The position numbers and the translations under genes were made by a program. The notes beneath the pieces are model-generated. The model was not told the origin of the DNA. It saw only the letters and a program-made list of their open reading frames with translations, and did not search any database. Below are positions 36,324-45,840 of a stretch of DNA of 64,000 nt, in pieces. Within the stretch, counting starts at the first letter, position 1, and each line of letters starts with the position of its first letter. This DNA comes from Candidatus Omnitrophota bacterium (GTDB taxonomy: Bacteria; Omnitrophota; Gorgyraeia; B26-G9): contig JAZDHG010000064.1 of assembly GCA_043806135.1 (NCBI GenBank), positions 6,535 through 70,534 on the forward strand, given 5' to 3'.

Positions 36324-36680
36324 TCACGGCCAAACATGCGTTCCGCCTTCACTACATGCCGCTGCAGCACTGCCGGCAGCTCCGCTAAGAGTATATGCTC
36401 CTGATCCGGCAATAGGACAATCTGGTTGATCAGCTAAATATCCCGCGGTTTCCAGGAAAGCAACATCATTTGTACCACCCCATGTAAAACTGGACTGAAC
36501 GTTTTCTTTTACTTCATAAGTATTCATAGCTGAAACAAGACCCCGTATATTCGCTACGCAAACTTTGGTATTCGCATCATCTCTTACATCAGCAAAACGC
36601 GGTAAGATCAATGCAACCAGAATACCTAGAATAGCAATAACAATCAAAAGCTCAATTAATGTAAAACCTTTCCTGCTCAT
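36324..36680 (-). CDS. Type IV pilin, copy 1 (proximal, strongest RBS)
   Basis: MSRKG/FTLIELLIVIAILG; RBS AGGAGGTG. Confidence 0.93.
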   Translation of the reverse strand: MSRKGFTLIELLIVIAILGILVALILPRFADVRDDANTKVCVANIRGLVSAMNTYEVKENVQSSFTWGGTNDVAFLETAGYLADQPDCPIAGSGAYTLSGAAGSAAAACSEGGTHVWP

Positions 36681-36744
36681 CTTACTTCACCTCCTATAGT
36701 TAGTTATAAACACCTTAACATTATCATCATCCGCAAAACATGAA

Positions 36745-37008
36745 TTAAGACATCCTGTCCAATTCACCCATCCAGCACAGCTGGACGATTCTATATATAA
36801 CCGGCCTTAACTTTCCCTGTTCGCTGAGCCCCAAGAGACCAAATGCCATACAAATCCCTGTAACAAAAAACATTGTACCATAAAGCATAAGTCTACACTC
36901 AGTAACTATATCCAGCCGGGTTTGAAAAATAGGCAGTAATGAAATCAAAATGCCGGCAAAGGCAGTGTTTTCAGGATAGCCAATTATCCTAACACCTTTT
37001 ATCTTCAC
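36745..37008 (-). CDS. Small hypothetical membrane protein, first gene of the pilin operon
   Basis: AGGAGG 6 nt before GTG; two hydrophobic stretches; directly downstream of the sigma54 promoter. Confidence 0.55.
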   Translation of the reverse strand: MKIKGVRIIGYPENTAFAGILISLLPIFQTRLDIVTECRLMLYGTMFFVTGICMAFGLLGLSEQGKLRPVIYRIVQLCWMGELDRMS

Positions 37009-37077
37009 TGCTTCCCTCCTTTTTTATATAATAATCAGCTGTTTTTGTCAAGGAATATGTTCTTTCAGATTGGAAGA

Positions 37078-37093
37078 AGCAATTAGCATGCCA
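37078..37093 (-). promoter_or_regulatory. sigma54 (-24/-12) promoter of the pilin operon
   Basis: Minus strand TGGCAT-GCTAA-TTGCT matches TGGCAC-N5-TTGCW; a sigma54 activator is encoded nearby. Confidence 0.85.
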
Positions 37094-37146
37094 TTGCTAT
37101 TGACAATCAAAAGCCCGACGGATAGAGATTCTCTGCACGATAACTA

Positions 37147-37194
37147 TGGGTATCTGTTTTCCCAGCAAAAAGATAATGTGCAATATATTACCCA
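37147..37194. promoter_or_regulatory. Two putative enhancer sites for the PilR-like activator
   Basis: TGGGTATCTGTTTTCCCA (37147-64) and TGTGCAATATATTACCCA (37177-94), both 18-bp TGKG-N10-CCCA, offset by 30 bp. Confidence 0.55.
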
Positions 37195-37208
37195 TATCAC
37201 ACTGCCCA

Positions 37209-38426
37209 TTATTTAATAACATTCACCAGATTAAACATCGGCAGAAATAGAGAAAGAGCAATGACCGCAACAATACCGCCTATAAAAATCAGCATTATCG
37301 GCTCAACTATAGAGCTAAGCCTTTTAACCGTGCTGTCAACCTCACTGTCATAAAAATCAGCAATCTTATTCAAAATAGTATCCAAAGTACCGGATTCCTC
37401 CCCCACCGCAACCATGTGCCCGACCATTAAAGGAAAAATCTTATTGTCCCGAAGCGGATTGGCCATGCTTTCCCCCCGATTGACGTTTTCCGCTACAATG
37501 GAAACGATTTTGGCAATCGCCGCATTGCCTACAGTTGTCTCCACGATCCGCAGTGACTGCAATATAGGCACACCGCTGTTTATTAATGTCCCCAATGTAC
37601 GCGCAAAACGTGAAATTCCGGCTTTTTTAATTATGGTGCCAAAAACAGGAATTTTTAGGAGCAGCAATTCAAAATTATATTTGCCTACTTTGGTTTTGAT
37701 ATAACGCGTAAACATCAGCATGAAAGTAATGATTCCTCCCAGTATAAAAGGCCATTTTGTCCTTAAAAAGTGACTCATTTTTAAAAGGATCTGTGTAGGC
37801 AGAGGAAGTGCTGCATCCATGGACTTAAATAATGCCTCGAATTTAGGAAACACACCCATGACCAGGAAAAGCACAACACCAATGGTAACAATAACGATCA
37901 ACACGGGATATGTTAAAGCAGTTTTTACATTAGCCCTTATTTCTTCAGACTGCTCGGCAAAAAGAGCAAGCCGCCGCAGAATTTCTTCCAAAGCACCTCC
38001 GGTTTCCCCGGCATTTATCATATTGACAAATAAAACGGAAAAAACTTTTGGATGTTTTTCAAGTGCCGCGGAAAAAGAAGTTCCTGATTCCACGTCATCA
38101 CGCACCTTGGCTAAAACCTCCTGCAATTTTTTATTTTCAACCTGCTGGCAAAGTATATTTAAACTGGTAACAAGGGTTATTCCAGAACCGATCATTGTTG
38201 CCAGCTGATTGTTAAAGATCACCAGATCCCTTGACCTTACCCTGGCAAAAATATCCAGGATATCCGCATCTAAGGTCTTGACCTGCACCCTTTCTTCTTC
38301 AATGCTGACAACAAAATAGCTCATTTCCCTTAATTTATCCGCAACAGTAGAACTGTTTATAGCTTCCAGCTTTCCGCTGATCAGTTTCCCTGCGGCATCT
38401 CTTGCCTTATATATAAAGGTCGGCAT
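37209..38426 (-). CDS. pilC: Type IV pilus platform protein PilC (GspF family)
   Basis: MPTFIYKARD, AGETGGAL, ALTYP, VGEESGTL, EP motifs; three TMs. Confidence 0.95.
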   Translation of the reverse strand: MPTFIYKARDAAGKLISGKLEAINSSTVADKLREMSYFVVSIEEERVQVKTLDADILDIFARVRSRDLVIFNNQLATMIGSGITLVTSLNILCQQVENKKLQEVLAKVRDDVESGTSFSAALEKHPKVFSVLFVNMINAGETGGALEEILRRLALFAEQSEEIRANVKTALTYPVLIVIVTIGVVLFLVMGVFPKFEALFKSMDAALPLPTQILLKMSHFLRTKWPFILGGIITFMLMFTRYIKTKVGKYNFELLLLKIPVFGTIIKKAGISRFARTLGTLINSGVPILQSLRIVETTVGNAAIAKIVSIVAENVNRGESMANPLRDNKIFPLMVGHMVAVGEESGTLDTILNKIADFYDSEVDSTVKRLSSIVEPIMLIFIGGIVAVIALSLFLPMFNLVNVIK

Positions 38427-38427
38427 A

Positions 38428-39825
38428 TTATAATTCCTCTTCCTTTATCAGATTGCACTTCTTCATTTTATTAAACAAACTCTTCCGGCTTATTTTCAAA
38501 ATACCGGCTGTTTCCGAGCGGTTCCAGTTCGTCTTTTTTAAAACTTTGAGGATTATCTGTTTTTCCACTTCATCGGTTATATCTTTTACTGTTTCGATCA
38601 AAGACTTAGAAAAATCAGCAGACTCTGTCTCAAGCTTTATTTCACTGTCTAAAAACTGGATGTAAAAAGGAAGGTCTTTGTTAGTGATCATTTTACCTTC
38701 TGATAGAATAATCGCCCTCTGCAAGGCATTCTGCAGCTCCCGCACATTGCCCGGCCAAGGATACTTCATCAACAACTCCATGGCCTCAAGCGAGATATGT
38801 TCTATAGACTTATTGAATTCCTTATTAAACTTATGCATAAAATGTTCGAATAAAAGCGGTATGTCCTCCCGTTTTTCCCTAAGCGGCGGCAGATTGATCG
38901 AAACAACATTGATCCGGTAAAAAAGATCCTCTCGGAATTGTTCTTCTTTTACGGCACGAAACAGATCTTTATTGGTAGCAGCGATAATCCGCACATCAAC
39001 CTTAACGACCTCTGTAGAACCGACACGCTCAAACTCTTTTTCCTGCAGAACACGCAGTATCTTCGCCTGCATGGCAAGACTCATGTCTCCGATCTCATCA
39101 AGGAATATCGTCCCTTTGTCTGCGGCTTCAAACCTTCCGGTTTTTCTTGAGCCCGCATCGGTAAAAGCTCCTTTTTCATGACCAAAAAGCTCACTTTCCA
39201 AAACCCCTTCAGGAATAGCCGCGCAGTTGACTTTGATAAAAGGCTCGTTACTGCGGCCGGAATTATAATGTATTGCTCTTGCCGCCAGCTCCTTTCCAGT
39301 TCCGCTTTCCCCCTGTATAAGAACAGTGACATCAGTGCTGGTTACTTTTTTGATGATCTCAAAAACTTCCATCATCTTGCCTGATGAACCGATTATTTCT
39401 TCCAGCTTAAAATTCCTACCCAGCTCTTCTTTGAGAAGCTTATTTTCACAATTAAGACGGTTACATTCAAGCGCCCTGTTTACAACCAAACGCAGCTCAT
39501 CTATTTCAAACGGTTTTGTAAAGTAATCATACGCACCTTTTTTAATAGCTTCAATAGCAATCTTCTGAGCGCCATAGGCGGTTATAATAACGATTAACTG
39601 CTCAGGATTTATCGCTTTAATTTTTGAGAGCACCTCAAACCCGTCCATACCCGGCATTTTCACATCAAGTGTGATTACATCAAATGGCCCCTGCTTTGCG
39701 GAGATATCAAGCGCTTCTTGGCCGCAAGAAGCAGGCACAACAGTGTATCCTTCTTTGCGCAGTGTTTCTATAAGAAGAAATCTAAAACTCGCATCATCAT
39801 CAACAATCATTATTTTTGGTTTCAT
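38428..39825 (-). CDS. pilR: sigma54-dependent response regulator (PilR/NtrC family)
   Basis: REC domain, GESGTGKE, GAFTDA, WPGNVREL, Fis-type HTH. Confidence 0.85.
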   Translation of the reverse strand: MKPKIMIVDDDASFRFLLIETLRKEGYTVVPASCGQEALDISAKQGPFDVITLDVKMPGMDGFEVLSKIKAINPEQLIVIITAYGAQKIAIEAIKKGAYDYFTKPFEIDELRLVVNRALECNRLNCENKLLKEELGRNFKLEEIIGSSGKMMEVFEIIKKVTSTDVTVLIQGESGTGKELAARAIHYNSGRSNEPFIKVNCAAIPEGVLESELFGHEKGAFTDAGSRKTGRFEAADKGTIFLDEIGDMSLAMQAKILRVLQEKEFERVGSTEVVKVDVRIIAATNKDLFRAVKEEQFREDLFYRINVVSINLPPLREKREDIPLLFEHFMHKFNKEFNKSIEHISLEAMELLMKYPWPGNVRELQNALQRAIILSEGKMITNKDLPFYIQFLDSEIKLETESADFSKSLIETVKDITDEVEKQIILKVLKKTNWNRSETAGILKISRKSLFNKMKKCNLIKEEEL

Positions 39826-39835
39826 CTTTATCTAT

Positions 39836-41272
39836 CTACCTTTTCTCCGGCAAGCTTATCATAAACGTTGTCCCCTGCCCAACCTCACTTTTAACATCGA
39901 TCTTTCCCTGGTGGCTTGAGATTATCTGATGAGCTATTGTTAACCCCAAACCTGTACCGCTGGCCTTTGAGGTGTAAAAGGGGTCAAATATTTTTTTCAG
40001 GCCTTCATCAGTAATACCGATACCGGTATCGGCAAAGGAAATATTCAGAACTTTCGTGTTTTTGTTAAAATCAGTTTTTATGGTTAAGTCTCCGCCGTTT
40101 TCCATGGCGCTGAAAGCATTAAAAATAATATTCAAAAATGCCTGCTGCAATTTCTTGGCATCAGCGAGCACGGGGGGGATGTCGGAAGAAAACTGCTTAA
40201 TTATCTGTATATTTACTTTTTTAGAATCATGCGCTGCTAAAAGAAGCGTTTGCTCAATAACATCATTAATGTTCAGCTGAATAAAATTCGCCTCCAGTTC
40301 AGAAGCATCCGGACGCGCAAAACTCAACAACTCCTCAACGACTTTATTTAAACGATCAACTTCTTTTACAATTACATCTGCATATGATTTTTTCTGATCA
40401 TCATCCTTTAGATCTTCCTTTAAAAGCTGCACAAGACCTTTAACCGATCCTAAAGGATTACGGATTTCATGTGCAACACCTGCAGCCAGACTTCCCACGG
40501 CAGCAAGCCTATCCGCCCTGCGCACCTGTTCTTCCAAATGCTTAATATGCTCAAGGTCTTTGAATGTAACAACAATCCCGAGAAAAGTATTCATTTTATC
40601 CCTTAAAAGAGATGTCGTGATGCCTATGGGGATCTTTTTCCCAACTTTTGAATAAATATTGATTTCCCGTGATGAACTTGTTTTCTTTCCCTGCAATGTT
40701 TCCCTTATGATCTGACTTAAAGCAATGTTATTACCGCTCTCAGGAAAAACATCAAAAACAGATTTACCGACAATATCATCCGTATTATAACCAAGAATAA
40801 GCTCTGCTGATTTATTAAAAGTAGCTATAAATCCCTTCATGTTTATGGTAATAACTCCGCCGGTCATACTTTCAATTATATGTTCATTAAGCGATGAAAC
40901 CATGGCATTAAAAGACTTGCCTAATGCACCGATCTCATCTTCTGTATTAATTTGTACTGTCCGGCTTAAATCTCCGGTAGCAACTTGTTTTGCGCTTGAG
41001 GTAAGTCTTTTAATCGGCAGGGTAATCGCATAGGCCAGTATAATACCGAATATACCTGCTACTATGGAACTAACCCATATTTGTTTACTTAAGATCTCAA
41101 TAACTTTTTTAAATAAAAAGATGTCTTTATCATCAGCTAACTTTGCAAAATTTGTTTTTACAATATAATACGAAAAAATCTGCGCACCAAAAACGAGGAT
41201 AACAATCAATAGCGGAATGGTAATTATCAGGTTGGTTCTCACCCGTTTCTTGAGTGAGTATGTCTTCATCAT
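39836..41272 (-). CDS. Sensor histidine kinase (2TM-HAMP-PAS-HisKA-HATPase), PilS-like
   Basis: AHEIRNPL, N box, DTGIG, GTGLGL; adjacent to the response regulator. Confidence 0.9.
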   Translation of the reverse strand: MMKTYSLKKRVRTNLIITIPLLIVILVFGAQIFSYYIVKTNFAKLADDKDIFLFKKVIEILSKQIWVSSIVAGIFGIILAYAITLPIKRLTSSAKQVATGDLSRTVQINTEDEIGALGKSFNAMVSSLNEHIIESMTGGVITINMKGFIATFNKSAELILGYNTDDIVGKSVFDVFPESGNNIALSQIIRETLQGKKTSSSREINIYSKVGKKIPIGITTSLLRDKMNTFLGIVVTFKDLEHIKHLEEQVRRADRLAAVGSLAAGVAHEIRNPLGSVKGLVQLLKEDLKDDDQKKSYADVIVKEVDRLNKVVEELLSFARPDASELEANFIQLNINDVIEQTLLLAAHDSKKVNIQIIKQFSSDIPPVLADAKKLQQAFLNIIFNAFSAMENGGDLTIKTDFNKNTKVLNISFADTGIGITDEGLKKIFDPFYTSKASGTGLGLTIAHQIISSHQGKIDVKSEVGQGTTFMISLPEKR

Positions 41273-41277
41273 AAGCG

Positions 41278-42978
41278 CTATCCTTTCGCTTCTTCAGCTG
41301 TTGCCCGAAGTACTTCCTCAATGGTTGTAATTCCGTTTACAACTTTTTTAAATCCATCTTCACGAAGTGTGCTCATGCCATGAGACTTTGCCAGTTTTCT
41401 TATTTCCACAGCAGGCGCATTTGCCATTATCATTTCTCTTATGGCATCATTAATGGTCATCAGCTCATAAATACCTATACGGCCTCTGTACCCGCTGCCT
41501 TTGCAGGCATCACATCCTTTGCCTTTATAAAAAGTATAAGTCTCCGCTCTGGGTTCAAGTCTAAGATTACAAAGCATTTCTTCATTAGGCGTGTATGCCT
41601 CTTTGCAATTTTCACATATGGTTCTTATAAGCCTTTGGGCAAGGATACCTGAAACCGCAGAGGCAACGAGAAAAGCATCTATCTTCATATCGATCAAACG
41701 CGTGATTGTTGAGGGCGCGTCATTTGTATGAATCGTACTTAAAACAAGATGCCCGGTCAATGCAGATTGTATGGCAATTTCAGCTGTCTCAAGATCTCTG
41801 ATCTCCCCGATCATTATAACATTCGGGTCCTGCCTTAAAAAACTGCGCAGCCCGGCAGCAAAAGTTAAACCTGCCCTGGGATTAATCTGTACCTGATTGA
41901 TCATCTTAAGACGGTATTCTACAGGGTCTTCAACCGTAAGGATATTTTTCTCAATAGTATTAATTGTGCTTAGTGCCGAATACAGTGTCGTCGTTTTTCC
42001 GCTTGAAGTAGGGCCGGTAACAAGAATCATCCCATAAGGCCTTCTGATCAACTTTTCAAATTTTTCCTGATCGTGGGGAAGAAATCCTAATTTATCCATC
42101 TCCATTATTACCATTGCCTTATCAAGCACCCGCATAACAATTTTCTCTCCGAGTACTGTCGGTAAGGTTGATACACGAAGATCAAGATTGCGGTCATTTA
42201 ATTCAAACTGGAATCTGCCGTCCTGGGGCACACGTTTCTCTGAGATATCCAGGCCTGCGAGAACTTTAATACGCGAGGTCAAAGGAAGCTGCACATCTTT
42301 AGGATAAGTTTTGAATTCTCTTAAAAACCCGTCCACACGGCATCGCACACGCATTTCTTCCTCATCAGGTTCAATATGAATGTCTGTCGCACGCTCCTCT
42401 ACGCAAAGACGGACAATTTCATCAACTAATTCTATTATTTCTTTGCCGGCAATTAAAGGCATCTGCTCTTTACTGTCTTGGGCAAAGCGATGCGGTGCCT
42501 CATATGAAGATGTATCCTCTTTAGGCTGCCCCTCAGTTTCTTTATAGCATCTGTCAAAAACCTTGAATAAAGCCTGGCGCGAACAAATTACCGGCTCTAT
42601 CATACAGCTGGTTAACAGCTGGACTTCATCTATAGCAAAGACATTTAAAGGATCCGCCATGGCTATGGTTAAATTATTAGCTACTTTCTCCAGAGCAATT
42701 AATTCGTAACGGCGGGCAACTTGTTCAGGAATAAGTTTTACAACAGCTGGTTTTAAACCGTAACTCAGGATATCTATATGGGCAAGACCCAATTGCTGGG
42801 CAAGCACAACGATCAACTCTTCTTCTTTAATATACCCCAGTTCGATCAAAGTCTGACCTAAACGTGAACCGGCTTTTTTCTGCGCATCAAGAGCCTTTTG
42901 GACCTGGTCGCTGTTTACCAATCCTTTTTCAACTAAATATTCACCAAGAAGCTTTTTTTTACCCTTATCCGCCGGCAT
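41278..42978 (-). CDS. pilB: Type IV pilus extension ATPase PilB with N-terminal MshEN domain
   Basis: LLGEYLVEKGLV...RLGQTLIELGYI, DIHIEP, GPTSSGKTTT, LRQDPNVIMIGEIRD, tetra-Cys motif. Confidence 0.93.
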   Translation of the reverse strand: MPADKGKKKLLGEYLVEKGLVNSDQVQKALDAQKKAGSRLGQTLIELGYIKEEELIVVLAQQLGLAHIDILSYGLKPAVVKLIPEQVARRYELIALEKVANNLTIAMADPLNVFAIDEVQLLTSCMIEPVICSRQALFKVFDRCYKETEGQPKEDTSSYEAPHRFAQDSKEQMPLIAGKEIIELVDEIVRLCVEERATDIHIEPDEEEMRVRCRVDGFLREFKTYPKDVQLPLTSRIKVLAGLDISEKRVPQDGRFQFELNDRNLDLRVSTLPTVLGEKIVMRVLDKAMVIMEMDKLGFLPHDQEKFEKLIRRPYGMILVTGPTSSGKTTTLYSALSTINTIEKNILTVEDPVEYRLKMINQVQINPRAGLTFAAGLRSFLRQDPNVIMIGEIRDLETAEIAIQSALTGHLVLSTIHTNDAPSTITRLIDMKIDAFLVASAVSGILAQRLIRTICENCKEAYTPNEEMLCNLRLEPRAETYTFYKGKGCDACKGSGYRGRIGIYELMTINDAIREMIMANAPAVEIRKLAKSHGMSTLREDGFKKVVNGITTIEEVLRATAEEAKG

Positions 42979-44053
42979 TTTTTGCTATCTCCTGTAGTTT
43001 TTTAAGCCGACGTTTTACCCCATCAGCATCGCGGGCTTTAAGGTAAGCGTCTTCCTCCGGGATAAGTCCCTTGTGCGCAAGATCAGCCAAAGCCATATCA
43101 ACACTCTGCATTCCCACTTTCACGCCTGTTTCTAAAGAGGAATAAATCTGGAATGTTTTACCTTCCCGAATTAGGTTTCTAATCGCAGAGGTGGCAACCA
43201 TTGTCTCTACTACAGGCACACGGCGCTTCTTATCTGTGCTTAACATCAATTGCTGACAAATCACCCCCTGCAATGTCAGAGAAACCTGTATCCTGACCTG
43301 CTGCTGCTGATAAGGCGGAAAAACATCGATCAGCCTGTCTATTGTCTGCACCGCATCTGTAGTATGCAGAGTACCTAAAACCAGGTGTCCGGTCTCAGCC
43401 GCGGTTATTGCATGCGCTATCGTTTCCAGGTCTCTCAACTCTCCGACAAGAATCACATTAGGATCCTGCCTTAATACATATTTTAAAGCACTGGCAAATG
43501 ATTTTGTATCCGAACCTACTTCTCTTTGTTCAATAATACTGTTCTTATGAGCGTAGAGATACTCTATCGGATCTTCAACCGTAATCACATGCGCTTTTCT
43601 TCGTGTATTGATTATATTTATCATGGAGGCCAAAGTCGTTGATTTGCCGCTGCCGGCAGCTCCTGTGACCAAAACCATGCCTTTATCAAGCATCGCAAAC
43701 TCTTTGACAATACTGGGGAGCTCTAGTTCATCAACTGTTTTGATCTCTGATGCTAACCTTCGTAAAGCTATACCGATACTGCTTCTTTGTTTATGCAGAT
43801 TAACTCTGAATCTTCCCAACCCGGCAATACCAAAGGAAAAATCAAGATCGCATTCTGATTCAAAACTTTTTATCTGCTGTTCATTAAGCATTTCATATAC
43901 ATAATCTTTAGCGATCTGCGGAGTAACTTTACCCATTTCTTCAAGAATTATAAGCTCTCCGTTTATGCGCAGCACAGGAGCGCTTCCGCAAACAATATGC
44001 AGATCAGATGCCCCGCGCTCTGTAGTAAGTTCCAATAATTCCTTTAATTTCAT
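42965..44053 (-). CDS. pilT: Pilus retraction ATPase PilT paralog
   Basis: ASDLH, GAAGSGKSTT, EDPIEY, AETGHLV, AIRNLIRE. Confidence 0.92.
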   Translation of the reverse strand: MKLKELLELTTERGASDLHIVCGSAPVLRINGELIILEEMGKVTPQIAKDYVYEMLNEQQIKSFESECDLDFSFGIAGLGRFRVNLHKQRSSIGIALRRLASEIKTVDELELPSIVKEFAMLDKGMVLVTGAAGSGKSTTLASMINIINTRRKAHVITVEDPIEYLYAHKNSIIEQREVGSDTKSFASALKYVLRQDPNVILVGELRDLETIAHAITAAETGHLVLGTLHTTDAVQTIDRLIDVFPPYQQQQVRIQVSLTLQGVICQQLMLSTDKKRRVPVVETMVATSAIRNLIREGKTFQIYSSLETGVKVGMQSVDMALADLAHKGLIPEEDAYLKARDADGVKRRLKKLQEIAKNAGG

Positions 44054-44055
44054 AA

Positions 44056-45102
44056 TTATAACAACATCCTTTTTAATAGTTCTGGTTTATTAGAATATGT
44101 GATCGCATCACCGATTCTTATCAAACGCGACTTGCATAAATCTGCAAGTGACTGATTCATGCTAAGCATGCCTTCTCTGGTTCCGGTCTCGATCATAGAA
44201 TAAATCTGATGTGTCTTTCTTTCCCTGATAAGATTAGCCACAGCAGGCGTAACGGTCATCGCCTCTATCGCGGCCACACGCCCTTTCCCGTCTGCTCTGG
44301 GGATCAGGCGCTGTGATATTACCCCTTGTAACGCCAGTGAAGTCTGCAATCTTATCTGCGACTGCTGCCCCTCAGGAAATACGTCAATGATTCTGTCAAT
44401 TGTCTGCACTGCATCCACGGTATGCAAAGTAGCAAAAACAAGGTGCCCGGTTTCAGCTGCGGTTATAGCCGTTGAAATTGTTTCAAGATCTCTCATTTCT
44501 CCGACAAGAATAACATCCGGATCTTCACGCAGCGCGTCTCTTAAAGCCAGAGAAAAAGAAGGCGTATCTGAATATACCTCCCGCTGATTCACGATACTTT
44601 TCTTGTGCGGATGAAGATATTCGATAGGGTCCTCAATTGTAATAATATGACAAGCCTCCTCCATATTCACCAGATTGATCATTCCGGCCAGGGTTGTTGA
44701 TTTCCCGGATCCAGTCGGACCTGTGACCAAGACAAGCCCTCTTTGTTTTCTGGCAAATTCCCCGACTATATAGGGAACTTCCATTTGACCCAGATCAGGG
44801 ATTTCAAAGGGAATAAAACGCAGGGCAGCGGCAAGGTAGCCTTTTTCATAAAAAACATTTACGCGAAAACGCGCAATATAACTGTAGGTAAAATCAATAC
44901 TCCTTGCATGAGCAAGCTTAATTTTCTGCTCTTCAGTGAGCATTTTAGATGTCAAGTTTTCCACATCATTTGCACTTAAAGCTTCTGCCTCGGTAGGCAT
45001 CAGCTTTCCGTGGATACGCATCATCGGAGGCAACCCGACAGTAAGATGCAAATCAGAAGCATTCTTTTCTATTGCCCCACGGATCAGATCAAGAATCTCC
45101 AT
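44056..45102 (-). CDS. pilT: Pilus retraction ATPase PilT paralog
   Basis: ASDLH, GPTGSGKSTT, LREDPDVILVGEMRD, AVANLIRE. Confidence 0.93.
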   Translation of the reverse strand: MEILDLIRGAIEKNASDLHLTVGLPPMMRIHGKLMPTEAEALSANDVENLTSKMLTEEQKIKLAHARSIDFTYSYIARFRVNVFYEKGYLAAALRFIPFEIPDLGQMEVPYIVGEFARKQRGLVLVTGPTGSGKSTTLAGMINLVNMEEACHIITIEDPIEYLHPHKKSIVNQREVYSDTPSFSLALRDALREDPDVILVGEMRDLETISTAITAAETGHLVFATLHTVDAVQTIDRIIDVFPEGQQSQIRLQTSLALQGVISQRLIPRADGKGRVAAIEAMTVTPAVANLIRERKTHQIYSMIETGTREGMLSMNQSLADLCKSRLIRIGDAITYSNKPELLKRMLL

Positions 45103-45106
45103 ACTC

Positions 45107-45715
45107 TTAACCTTTTTCTAGTTTATATTGCAGTATAAGTGTTTTGAGTTCTCCAACTAAATCATTAAGTTTTCTAATTAAAGCCAGCGCATCCTCTTCA
45201 TTGATTTTTTTATCCTTAAGGCTGACATATAGATTGTTGGTTATCTGTGAGAGTTCAAAAATTATTTTTTTATCCTTACTTACCAATCTGTGCATATTCT
45301 CAATAACAGAGTTAAAAGCATCGGAAAGATTTTTAAGTTCATCATCACTTCTTAAGCTAACGCTTGTAGTCAGGTCCCCCCGGGAAACATCACGTGCCAC
45401 TTTTTGCAGACGGTATACAGGACCGGCGATTTTATGCGAGATCACAATACCCACAAAAGAAGCGATCACAAGCAAAATAGGTAATTCGAAAAGTATCATT
45501 AAGTTTATATTATTGAGCACATTGCCTATAGCCGCTGCCGTTTGAGGACTTGCATTGTTTTCTACAAGTGAAGACCAACAGGAAAAATAAACTGTGAGGG
45601 TTATTAAAGCACAGGAGGCCAGCACCGCGACCAGAATTACGCCAACATATTTAAATTGCAGCTTTTTCCCTATTAAAATCCTTTTTCTGATCAAATACTT
45701 TTCAAAAGCCTTCAA
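45107..45715 (-). CDS. 2TM-HAMP protein without output domain
   Basis: Two TMs, SHKIAGPVYRL...GDL...LRSDDEL HAMP, short coiled tail; TTG start after AGGGGG. Confidence 0.8.
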   Translation of the reverse strand: MKAFEKYLIRKRILIGKKLQFKYVGVILVAVLASCALITLTVYFSCWSSLVENNASPQTAAAIGNVLNNINLMILFELPILLVIASFVGIVISHKIAGPVYRLQKVARDVSRGDLTTSVSLRSDDELKNLSDAFNSVIENMHRLVSKDKKIIFELSQITNNLYVSLKDKKINEEDALALIRKLNDLVGELKTLILQYKLEKG

Positions 45716-45794
45716 TCTTCCCCCTATTCTTATAATTGATAAGCATAAATTTTAAAAATTAATAAAAACCTAAGTTTAATGTATACTTGAAAAT

Positions 45795-45823
45795 AGGTTA
45801 ACATATAGAATAAAACTTGTCAA
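45795..45823 (-). promoter_or_regulatory. sigma70-type promoter for the HAMP-pilT-pilT-pilB-pilS-pilR-pilC operon
   Basis: TTGACA-17 nt-TAACCT with TG extension. Confidence 0.6.
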
Positions 45824-45840
45824 CAAATCCATCTGCCTTT

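Noticed and set aside
35516-36680. Pilin array as a shufflon, DGR or silent-cassette system
   Set aside because: No recombinase, reverse transcriptase or inverted cassettes in the window; all copies have an RBS and start; differences are not confined to adenines
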